Part shown: in pieces, positions 1 through 6,716 of the stretch | How the letters are laid out: each line of letters begins with the position of its first letter | Position numbering within the stretch: position 1 is the stretch's first letter | Origin: Candidatus Daviesbacteria bacterium | Lineage (GTDB): Bacteria; Patescibacteriota; Microgenomatia; Daviesbacterales; UBA10151 | Direction: 5' to 3' | NCBI GenBank assembly: GCA_016432425.1 | Contig: CP066688.1 | Span: forward strand, 20,368-84,367 | Length of the DNA stretch: 64,000 bases | The notes under the pieces: model-generated | The model's input: the letters and a program-made list of their open reading frames with translations, nothing else | Told to the model about the DNA's origin: nothing | Databases searched by the model: none | Program-made: the position numbers and the translations under genes

Positions 1-135
1 GGAGATTGGCTCTCCACAATTGCTGCCCGGGCTTATAATGGCGATATTATGGCCTACCAAAACTTGGCCCAGGTAAACAATATTTCTAATCCTGATTTAA
101 TTTTGCCCGGCCAAGTTATTAATATCCCTAGATAA
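1..135 (+). CDS. LysM domain protein, C-terminal fragment (5' end outside window)
   Basis: The open frame from base 1 translates to GDWLSTIAARAYNGDIMAYQNLAQVNNISNPDLILPGQVINIPR*. This is a typical LysM C-terminal pattern (SIA..YG.....L...N.I.NP.LI.PGQ.L.IP). Confidence 0.55.
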   Translation, partial: GDWLSTIAARAYNGDIMAYQNLAQVNNISNPDLILPGQVINIPR

Positions 136-140
136 TTTTG

Positions 141-212
141 AGCCGGTGGACAGAATCGAACTGTCGATCTTCATTTTACGAAAATGCTGCTTTACCACTA
201 AGCTACACCGGC
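141..212 (-). tRNA. tRNA-Thr (anticodon CGU)
   Basis: The reverse complement folds as a 72-nt cloverleaf. Acceptor GCCGGTG/CACCGGC, D-stem GCTT/AAGC and T-arm GACAG-TTCGATT-CTGTC all pair. The anticodon loop is TTCGTAA with one mismatch at the top of the anticodon stem. CCA is not encoded. Confidence 0.8.
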
Positions 213-325
213 CAACTACTATATTTTAAACTTTTTCCTGTTTTCATGCCAGAATATTACATATTTCCCAAAAAAAGCTTACTTTTATTTGTTAAAGTGA
301 GCTTCTCAAAGGGGGTGATAAATTA

Positions 326-490
326 ATGAGGGGCAGAAAAGGTGGACGCAAGGGCAAAGACCAGAACCAAAGAAGGTCCCAAACTGAAGACCAATCTCGC
401 CAGGATGAATCTGAACGTGGGTTTTACAGTGAGATTAGCCGTCAAGACAGGCAGAAACCAGAGATGGATCAAGGTTCTGAAATACCATAA
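326..490 (+). CDS. small (54 aa) highly charged Arg/Lys/Gln-rich protein, possible KGG-type stress protein
   Basis: An ATG at 326 sits 8 nt downstream of the SD-like AGGGGGTG. The product MRGRKGGRKGKDQNQRRSQTEDQSRQDESERGFYSEISRQDRQKPEMDQGSEIP is low-complexity and probably disordered. It is below the ORF-track size cutoff. Confidence 0.45.
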   Translation: MRGRKGGRKGKDQNQRRSQTEDQSRQDESERGFYSEISRQDRQKPEMDQGSEIP

Positions 491-538
491 ATTAGACCAG
501 CCAATCCCGGGATAGGCTAGAAGGGGGGTGAAAATATA

Positions 539-778
539 ATGCAAAATATTCAAGGGGCTATAGATCATCTTAAAAATCATCAAACTTATCCTGCTACCAA
601 AGAGAATCTTATCCAGGAATGTAATAAACTATCTGATTTCTCGGAAGAGGACAAAAAGGAGTTTATGGATAATCTTCCTGAAGGTAACTACACCTCAGCA
701 GAGGAAGTCATGGAAGCTTTGGGATGGAAGGAGCAGGAGGGGATGCCAAAAAGTCAAGGTACTCAATCTATGGCCTAA
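539..778 (+). CDS. small protein with DUF2795-like pattern
   Basis: A strong SD (GGGGGGTG) lies 7 nt upstream. The pattern YPATKENLIQEC........LPEGNYTSAEEVMEALG resembles DUF2795 proteins. Domain identity is by recall only. Confidence 0.5.
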   Translation: MQNIQGAIDHLKNHQTYPATKENLIQECNKLSDFSEEDKKEFMDNLPEGNYTSAEEVMEALGWKEQEGMPKSQGTQSMA

Positions 779-852
779 ACTTACTATCTAATTTTTGATC
801 TCTAATACATTTATTTAGGGCAGGATTTAGTCTAATTTCGAGCTTGCGAGAA

Positions 853-916
853 ATCAAGCTCTGCTTAATACGAAGTATCAAGCTCTGCTTAATACGAAGT
901 ATCAAGCTCTGCTTAT
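853..916. repeat. 24-bp tandem direct repeat, about 2.7 copies (unit ATCAAGCTCTGCTTAATACGAAGT)
   Basis: Copies at 853-876 and 877-900 are identical, with a partial third copy at 901-916. Upstream, GAGCTTG (842-848) is the inverted complement of CAAGCTC in copy 1, so the two can form a hairpin. Confidence 0.8.
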
Positions 917-984
917 GCTTTAGAACTAAAAAATGTATAAGTATGCATAGTAAATATCGTTTTAGATTTTAGGCTATAGGACAT

Positions 985-1012
985 TGACATTTAGACAACA
1001 CTTTAGTAAAAT
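985..1012 (+). promoter_or_regulatory. sigma70-like promoter (TTGACA, 16-nt spacer, TAAAAT)
   Basis: TTGACA at 985-990 and TAAAAT at 1007-1012 are both near-consensus. No CDS follows before the terminator at 1045-1072. Confidence 0.45.
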
Positions 1013-1044
1013 TCTTTTGCAGTCTGGAAACAGATTGTTATCAA

Positions 1045-1072
1045 CCGCCCGTTGCAAAAGACGGGCTTTTTT
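1045..1072 (+). terminator. intrinsic terminator (GCCCGT stem, 8-nt loop, ACGGGC, then TTTTTT)
   Basis: GCCCGT (1047-1052) pairs with ACGGGC (1061-1066) and is followed by T6 at 1067-1072. It acts on the plus strand only, because the minus strand has no T-run after the stem. Confidence 0.65.
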
Positions 1073-1110
1073 ATGGCCTCCTTTCAATTAGCTTCCTAAT
1101 CTTCCTTAAA

Positions 1111-1248
1111 TCAATATAAGCATCTGCCCTTTCCTCTGTCTTTTGCCGAAAGCTCCAAATTGGCTGCATCAATAAAAACAGCTACTTTCCCTTTAGTAAG
1201 TTTCTTTAATTCTGCGTTCACTAAATTTATCTTAGCATAAACTTTCTG
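1111..1248 (-). pseudogene. remnant of an NYN/LabA-like (DUF88) domain gene
   Basis: The minus frame reads QKVYAKINLVNAELKKLTKGKVAVFIDAANLELSAKDRGKGRCLY*. The KVAVFIDxANL pattern is the N-terminal NYN signature. There is no ATG, a stop lies just upstream, and the frame ends after about 45 aa, so this is a truncated fragment. Confidence 0.35.
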
Positions 1249-1273
1249 TTAATTTTTATTGTATAATTTCAAT

Positions 1274-1825
1274 ATGGCAACAGAGCTAAACAAAGAGTTG
1301 GGTAGTCTTATAGATTCTGGTGAATTCGATCCGGAAGTGACAGAAAGGTACCTGCAAAGAATATCGGAAGGTAATTTAACTAGGGATGAAAATCCGTACA
1401 CACACTTTTGTGTATATTTTGCGGCATTTGACCCTCATAAAAAAAGTGTTTTTGTGGGCCACCACAAAAAATCAGGGTTATGGCTTTTTAATGGTGGTCA
1501 CATTGATAGAGGAGAGGGTATTTCTGATGCCTTAGTGAGAGAATCTGGAGAAGAATGGGGCGTAAAAATACCCATAGAAGACGTAAAGAGACCCTTACTT
1601 CTTACAATTACTCAAATTCCAGCTAACCAAAAACAAATATGTAAAACTCACTACGATATTTGGTGTTTTGTACCCAGCGATGAAGATACAGCTAGGTTTA
1701 ATCAGGATTTACTTGCAAAAGAATTTTTTGAAACCAGATGGTTAAGTATTCCAAATGCAAGAAGCCGTATAACTGATCTCAGTACACTTAAAGCTCTGGC
1801 ATTATTAGAACAAAGGCTCAAATAA
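1274..1825 (+). CDS. NUDIX hydrolase
   Basis: A complete Nudix box is present in GGHIDRGEGISDALVRESGEEWGV (Gx5Ex7REUxEExGU). An ATG at 1274 lies 7 nt after a TATAAT at 1262-1267. The ORF-track start at 1259 is a TTG. Confidence 0.85.
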   Translation: MATELNKELGSLIDSGEFDPEVTERYLQRISEGNLTRDENPYTHFCVYFAAFDPHKKSVFVGHHKKSGLWLFNGGHIDRGEGISDALVRESGEEWGVKIPIEDVKRPLLLTITQIPANQKQICKTHYDIWCFVPSDEDTARFNQDLLAKEFFETRWLSIPNARSRITDLSTLKALALLEQRLK

Positions 1826-2385
1826 AAGAAACTCTATCCCACTGCTTCCTCGCTTACTAACGCCTATGGTTGTTTCACTACAGAATATAAGTGATGTGAT
1901 GAATTAAGATGCTACCTTTAGATGAAATAAGAAAGTATTATCCTAATGCATCGGAAGATAAGTTAAAAGATATACAGGAAGTTGTTTACTTATTGGCTTG
2001 TGCAGTTATGCAAGAATTTTATGGGCCGCCTTTGGCGAGCCTCGCTCATTGAGCGGGTCAAAGTGGATGGGAAATTTTGAAGAGTCTGGTCAAGAGGAGA
2101 AATAGCGAGCTGAAAGCTAGTTCGACTCTCGTTAGGGTGTAAGATTATAAGCCCAAACTTTAACGAATTTTAGTAACATTCCGAAGCTAAAATTTGTCAG
2201 TTCGATTAAATTCCTATGTCCTTCGACTTCGCTCAGGATTATAAGAGCACCGGATGCAAATTATTTTGAACCCCTACCTGAATATGTCATAATCGAGTTT
2301 AACAGAATCAGAAAAGCACTACAAGCTTTAGAGGAGGGATAATTACCTACAATTCTTTCTTACATTCTGATAAAATTGACGGGAA

Positions 2386-3042
2386 ATGAAAATTATTAAT
2401 ACTTCCACCAAGGATAGGATGTATACGGCCTGGCTCAAAAGTGAGTTTTACAGAATGAAGGACACTTTGAGTCAGGAGCAAATAGGCCTTATTGAGACAC
2501 CAAATTTCAATGATCAAGCAGAAAATGAGCAAAGGGAAAATTTGATTTTGAACATATATGGCAGGAGTCCAATAATGGATCATGTTCCGACAGCCATTAC
2601 TTGGTATGAGGTTGAAATTGAAGAAAAAGATTTAGAAAATTTATACCTACTGGCTATATGGGATTGGTTTATCGATACAGGAAGAACATTTAAGCTCTCA
2701 GGAGTTTCGAAAAATTTGTCTAGCGGACACGGACACCGTATTTCTAATTTTCCTCCGGGGGCTGCAGATCACAAGATAAAAATAGATGAAATGTTAAAAG
2801 TTATGAATGACAACGTTCAAGATATTGTAATGATTAGTTCTTCTAAAGATGGACCATTTACAATTATTGATGGTACTCATCGTTCCAGCTTACTAACTAT
2901 TAAAGGTGGTCTACCAGGAACTAAAGCATATTTGGGCGTAGCATCAGACTTATCTAAATGTGTTTGGGCACCTGAATGGGAGAACTATGAACAGAATCTG
3001 GCTGAGCTAAATCGAATAGTAAATGAAGGATACTTATGGTGA
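2386..3042 (+). CDS. hypothetical protein with C-terminal ParB/sulfiredoxin-like fold (DGTHR motif)
   Basis: The C-terminal half reads KIKIDEMLKVMNDNVQDIVMISSSKDGPFTIIDGTHRSSLL. This resembles the ParB/Srx nuclease-domain core (hydrophobic strand, then DGxHR, compare DGQHR/DGQQR families). The N-terminal 120 aa have no recognizable pattern. The stop overlaps the start of the next gene. Confidence 0.5.
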   Translation: MKIINTSTKDRMYTAWLKSEFYRMKDTLSQEQIGLIETPNFNDQAENEQRENLILNIYGRSPIMDHVPTAITWYEVEIEEKDLENLYLLAIWDWFIDTGRTFKLSGVSKNLSSGHGHRISNFPPGAADHKIKIDEMLKVMNDNVQDIVMISSSKDGPFTIIDGTHRSSLLTIKGGLPGTKAYLGVASDLSKCVWAPEWENYEQNLAELNRIVNEGYLW

Positions 3043-3848
3043 GTGAAAGTATAATAGCATCAAGTTCTGCTACGATAAATCAAACGTTACCTACGGTGGT
3101 AAATGGCTTAACAGGTTTGGGTGCAATGGTAGCCGCAGCCTTTTTCGGTGGATTATTTGCCGGAATTTGGACGAATTACTTTGAGACTAAAAGGAGAATC
3201 CATGACAAGCGACACGATAGGTATTACGAACATAGGAATACTATTGTTCAATTCGAGCAAGAGTTAATTCCCCTCAGGGTAAACATCTCTCGAGATATAA
3301 CTTCAATAGCTGATGCCATAAAAAACACTAATGAACTGAATATTCGATTTATATTGAGATTCTACAAATTATTTTTAAGCACAGGTTTGGGGTTAAAACT
3401 CTTAAATTTAGACTTAATCAATAAATATGCAGAACTTTATTCAGCTATTGAGAGTTTAAATTCAGATATTGACTACGTTTCTGGAATGATATCATCAGTC
3501 ATAGAAGATCAAAAAGAGGACAAGATTGATCCCTCTAAAATTGAAGCTTATAAAGTATTCTTGCCTCAATTACAAGACGCATGCGAGCAAATTGACCAGA
3601 AATCATTAGAGCTTTTGGCTACGAGTAAGTTAACAATAGGTAAAGAGGATAAAAGAATAAGAGATAAATATATTGATGATGGTAAGGAAATAAGATACTC
3701 ACTTACCAAAGAAGCACTGGCTAAAAAGTACAAAGGTATTAAAAAAGAGGAGGATGGTTCTCTACATAAAGGTGAGAAACAACCTAAGTTCGTTTCTCCA
3801 TTTCTAGATTTAAAGAAAGTGCTTATTACAACAACTCCCGTAGTGTAA
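3036..3848 (+). CDS. hypothetical membrane protein (one N-terminal TM helix plus a long coiled-coil/charged region)
   Basis: A TM helix (LTGLGAMVAAAFFGGLFAGIW) is followed by about 200 aa of K/E/D-rich helical sequence. It overlaps the upstream gene by 7 nt (ATGGTGA), indicating translational coupling. Confidence 0.55.
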   Translation: MVSESIIASSSATINQTLPTVVNGLTGLGAMVAAAFFGGLFAGIWTNYFETKRRIHDKRHDRYYEHRNTIVQFEQELIPLRVNISRDITSIADAIKNTNELNIRFILRFYKLFLSTGLGLKLLNLDLINKYAELYSAIESLNSDIDYVSGMISSVIEDQKEDKIDPSKIEAYKVFLPQLQDACEQIDQKSLELLATSKLTIGKEDKRIRDKYIDDGKEIRYSLTKEALAKKYKGIKKEEDGSLHKGEKQPKFVSPFLDLKKVLITTTPVV

Positions 3849-3978
3849 AAAGACTAAAGGAAGAGACGGGATTTGAACTCAAAGGAAGCTGGTTCAATGT
3901 AAAAATGTTGAGTGGCGGACGGGGTGCTAAACAAAATATGAATTATTTGTGCCTACAATGTAAAAAATTTCTATTTAG

Positions 3979-4049
3979 AGCGGGATACGGGAGTCGAACC
4001 CGTCTCTCTACCTTGGGAAGGTAGTGTTGAACCGCTCAACTAATCCCGC
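3979..4049 (-). tRNA. tRNA-Gly (anticodon CCC)
   Basis: The reverse complement folds as a 71-nt cloverleaf: acceptor GCGGGAT/ATCCCGC, D-stem GTTG/CAAC, anticodon stem CTACC/GGTAG with loop TTCCCAA, T-arm ACGGG-TTCGACT-CCCGT. The discriminator is U, as expected for bacterial tRNA-Gly. Confidence 0.85.
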
Positions 4050-4091
4050 GTTTCTTTCAATTTTACCCCAATTTGTGGTAAATTTTAAGGG

Positions 4092-4817
4092 ATGAGTTAC
4101 CGATCCAGAATACGTTCCCACTCTACCCGCCGTTCTAAGCAAAATTTTTTTGCCACCATTATTATTGCTTTACTGCTACTTTTTATTAGTATTAACTGGA
4201 TACTGCCAGCTTTAGTTTCAGTCATGGGGAAAATCCGCAATCTTGGGAATCAGACCAGCAAAATCTCTTCCCAAGTAGCTGATAACCCCACTTTGGCTCC
4301 CCCAGTTTTTATTATTCCTTATCAGGCCACCAATTCTGCCCAAATAGACATTAAAGGCTACGCCACCACTAACTCTAAGGTAGAACTTTATTTGGATGAG
4401 GAGTTAAAAGACACTGTGGCTGTAAACGAAGATGGTACTTTTGTCTTCCAAAATATTTCTTTAAATTTGGGTCTTAATAATATTTATGGTAAAACCCTGG
4501 ATGAAAAAGACCAAGCTAGTTTGCCTTCTAAAAACATCCAGCTAATTTATGATAATACCAAACCTTCACTGCAAGTAAATGAGCCGGAAGACGGCAAGAC
4601 AGTTACGGGCGGGGAGAAAAATATTAAAATATCCGGCAAAACTAATCCTGATGCACAAGTTACTGTCAATGAAGTTACCGTAATTGTAGACAAAGAAGGT
4701 AATTTTTCCACTAGTCAAGCCTTAAATGAGGGTGATAATAATTTTACTATTAGGGCTGGCGATGCGGCCGGAAATTACGCTGAGGTAGTAAGGCGGGTAA
4801 GTTACAAATCTTCATGA
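4092..4817 (+). CDS. membrane-anchored extracytoplasmic protein with two Ig-like (Big-type) beta domains
   Basis: An N-terminal basic stretch plus one TM helix is followed by repeated beta-rich modules (NEDGTFVF... / KEGNFST...) ending in GNYAEV. Its stop overlaps the next start (ATGA). Confidence 0.65.
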   Translation: MSYRSRIRSHSTRRSKQNFFATIIIALLLLFISINWILPALVSVMGKIRNLGNQTSKISSQVADNPTLAPPVFIIPYQATNSAQIDIKGYATTNSKVELYLDEELKDTVAVNEDGTFVFQNISLNLGLNNIYGKTLDEKDQASLPSKNIQLIYDNTKPSLQVNEPEDGKTVTGGEKNIKISGKTNPDAQVTVNEVTVIVDKEGNFSTSQALNEGDNNFTIRAGDAAGNYAEVVRRVSYKSS

Positions 4818-6013
4818 GTATTTTAAGTTGGGTATTGGTGGTAGCTATTTGTGCGGGGCAACTGATTAAAATCTCTTTTGGTGAGGGAGGGATTACTATT
4901 TTAGATCTGACAGTGGGATTTTTAGCAATTATTAATTTCTTTAGCTGGATAACTTCTGTCAAAACTTTTAAAATAAATTTAATCAATTTCTCTACTATGG
5001 GTTTTATCATTGCAGCAGTAGTTTCCTTAATCCTGTCACCCATTCACTTAACTGCCAATGAAAAACTGATTGCTGCCTCCTATATTGTCCGGTTAGGAGC
5101 CTTTTTCTCATTGCTGTGGTTTCCGAGTAAATTATTATCCCCTTTACAAAAGGATAGTACAAAAATTTTACTCTTTTCCGGGGTTATCATAGCTGTTTTG
5201 GGGATAGCGCAACTAACCTTTTTTCCGGATTTACAATTTTTAGCTGCTGCAAATTTTGACCCTCATTATTTACGGACCGTTTCGACCTTTTTAGACCCTA
5301 ATTTTACCGGGGCTTTCCTAAGTTTAACAGCCATAATTTTGTGGCCTAAATTATTTACTAAAGATACTTTTAAATCAAATGTGTGGATTTTTATCCTAAT
5401 TTATATTACCCTGTTAACCACTTTTTCCAGAGGAGGATATTTAAGCTTAGTTAGTGGCTTATTAATTATTTCCTTAATTAATAAATCCTTTAAACAAGTT
5501 CTCTTAACCATAGTTTTAGGCGCTATTTTACTTTTTTCTTTTCAACAGTATACTTTACAGGTAGCAGCTCCCAGAAAGATTGACCGGGCCCAGTCAGCAG
5601 CTGCCCGCTTGGATACTTGGCAGCAAGGTTGGAATTTATTTCAAAGATATCCCATTTTGGGGGTAGGGTTTAACGCTTATCGTTATGCCTTGAAACAACT
5701 TAATTTGGCTGATGAACAGTTTTTAAGCAAAAAAGGTGCCTCTACTAATGATTCAAGTTTACTGTATGTGGCCGCTACTACCGGAATAATCGGGCTGGGA
5801 TTTTATTTAAGCTTCTTGGGAGGAATTTTAAAACTAGGCTGGTATAAAATATCACACCTCGGGGGTATGATATTAATTGGAGGTTTAATAGCCCTGCTTT
5901 CTCAAGGCTTTTTCGCCAACACCCTCTTTTATCCATTCCTCCTAATCTGGATAATACTAATAATTTATTCTGTGGGCACTGAGGGACTTGAACCCCCGAC
6001 ATCTGCAATGTGA
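4814..6013 (+). CDS. Wzy_C / O-antigen ligase-family polytopic membrane protein (WaaL/PglL-like)
   Basis: About 10 TM segments flank an external loop with the Wzy_C signature RLDTWQQGWNLFQRYPILGVGFNAY...SSLLYVAATTGIIG. The last 13 codons run antisense through tRNA-Val. Confidence 0.7.
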   Translation: MSILSWVLVVAICAGQLIKISFGEGGITILDLTVGFLAIINFFSWITSVKTFKINLINFSTMGFIIAAVVSLILSPIHLTANEKLIAASYIVRLGAFFSLLWFPSKLLSPLQKDSTKILLFSGVIIAVLGIAQLTFFPDLQFLAAANFDPHYLRTVSTFLDPNFTGAFLSLTAIILWPKLFTKDTFKSNVWIFILIYITLLTTFSRGGYLSLVSGLLIISLINKSFKQVLLTIVLGAILLFSFQQYTLQVAAPRKIDRAQSAAARLDTWQQGWNLFQRYPILGVGFNAYRYALKQLNLADEQFLSKKGASTNDSSLLYVAATTGIIGLGFYLSFLGGILKLGWYKISHLGGMILIGGLIALLSQGFFANTLFYPFLLIWIILIIYSVGTEGLEPPTSAM

Positions 6014-6044
6014 ATGCAGCGCTCTACCACTGAGCTAAGTGCCC
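5973..6044 (-). tRNA. tRNA-Val (anticodon CAC)
   Basis: The reverse complement folds as a 72-nt cloverleaf: acceptor GGGCACT/AGTGCCC, D-stem GCTC/GAGC, anticodon stem CTGCA/TGCAG with loop TTCACAT, T-arm GGGGG-TTCAAGT-CCCTC (one G-U pair). The discriminator is A. Confidence 0.85.
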
Positions 6045-6088
6045 GCATCAAACGGAATTTTAGTAAACACATTTTAACATTACGACTA

Positions 6089-6118
6089 TTGCATCTCAAC
6101 CTGAAACTTTGCGATAAT
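6089..6118 (+). promoter_or_regulatory. promoter of lepB (TTGCAT, 18-nt spacer, TGcGATAAT extended -10)
   Basis: The -35 is TTGCAT at 6089-6094 and the extended -10 is TGCGATAAT at 6110-6118. The ATG at 6126 lies 7 nt after the -10, so the mRNA would be leaderless. Confidence 0.45.
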
Positions 6119-6125
6119 TTAGGTT

Positions 6126-6716
6126 ATGGATCCTAGTTCTTATAATCCCTCTGCTCAGGATGACCGAGGTTTTTGGGGGAGTTTAGGCGCCCATTTTATT
6201 GACCTTTTTGAAACTTTTGTCATTATTGGGGCAATTTTCCTCCTTTTCTACCAATTTGTAGGCCAGCCACATCGGGTTTCCGGTAACTCCATGGTGCCTA
6301 CTTATTTAGATGGAGATTTTATTCTAACTGATAAATTAACCTATCGTTTTAACCACCCCCAAAGAGGAGAGGTGGTGATTTTAAAAAATCCCCGGGATGA
6401 GTCAATAGATTTTATTAAAAGGGTCATTGCTTTGCCGGGAGACAGTATCCAAATTCTGGGAGGCTCTGTTTATCTTAACGAGAAGTTGCTTATTGAACCT
6501 TATTTACCGGCTGACACAGTTACCCAGAGCGGCAATTTCCTGCGTGAAGGAGAGACAGTTACTGTAGGGTCCAATCAATACTTTGTCTTTGGTGACAACA
6601 GAGCCCATTCTTCTGATTCCAGAGAGTGGGGGCCAGCGACTAAAGAAGAAATTATCGGCCGGGCTTTTTTGCGTTATTTTCCCCCTCAGAGGGTAAGGCC
6701 GTTAGTCGGACTTTAG
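6126..6716 (+). CDS. lepB: signal peptidase I (S26 family)
   Basis: An N-terminal TM helix is followed by box B GNSMVPT (Ser nucleophile), box D IKRVIALPGD (Lys) and box E FVFGDNRAHSSDSREWG. Confidence 0.85.
   Translation: MDPSSYNPSAQDDRGFWGSLGAHFIDLFETFVIIGAIFLLFYQFVGQPHRVSGNSMVPTYLDGDFILTDKLTYRFNHPQRGEVVILKNPRDESIDFIKRVIALPGDSIQILGGSVYLNEKLLIEPYLPADTVTQSGNFLREGETVTVGSNQYFVFGDNRAHSSDSREWGPATKEEIIGRAFLRYFPPQRVRPLVGL

Noticed and set aside
138-583. ORF-track ORFs 138-326 (+) and 323-583 (-)
   Set aside because: The first overlaps the well-folded tRNA-Thr on the opposite strand. The second is antisense to two SD-led small genes. Neither has a ribosome-binding site or any motif.
853-916. Possible CRISPR array (24-bp direct repeats)
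   Set aside because: The repeats are contiguous with no spacers and number only about 2.7 copies. No cas genes are in the window. This is a simple tandem repeat.
2100-2140. tRNA/tmRNA-like T-loop (AGTTCGACTCTCG) in the long intergenic region
   Set aside because: Flanking sequence does not give a T-stem, acceptor stem or tmRNA tag reading frame. No cloverleaf is present.
3855-3880. tRNA-like fragment AAGAGACGGGATTTGAACTCAAAGG resembling a T-arm/acceptor end
   Set aside because: No complementary acceptor or T-stem can be formed, so no cloverleaf exists. It only loosely resembles the 3' end of the adjacent tRNA-Gly. At best it is a decayed att-like remnant.
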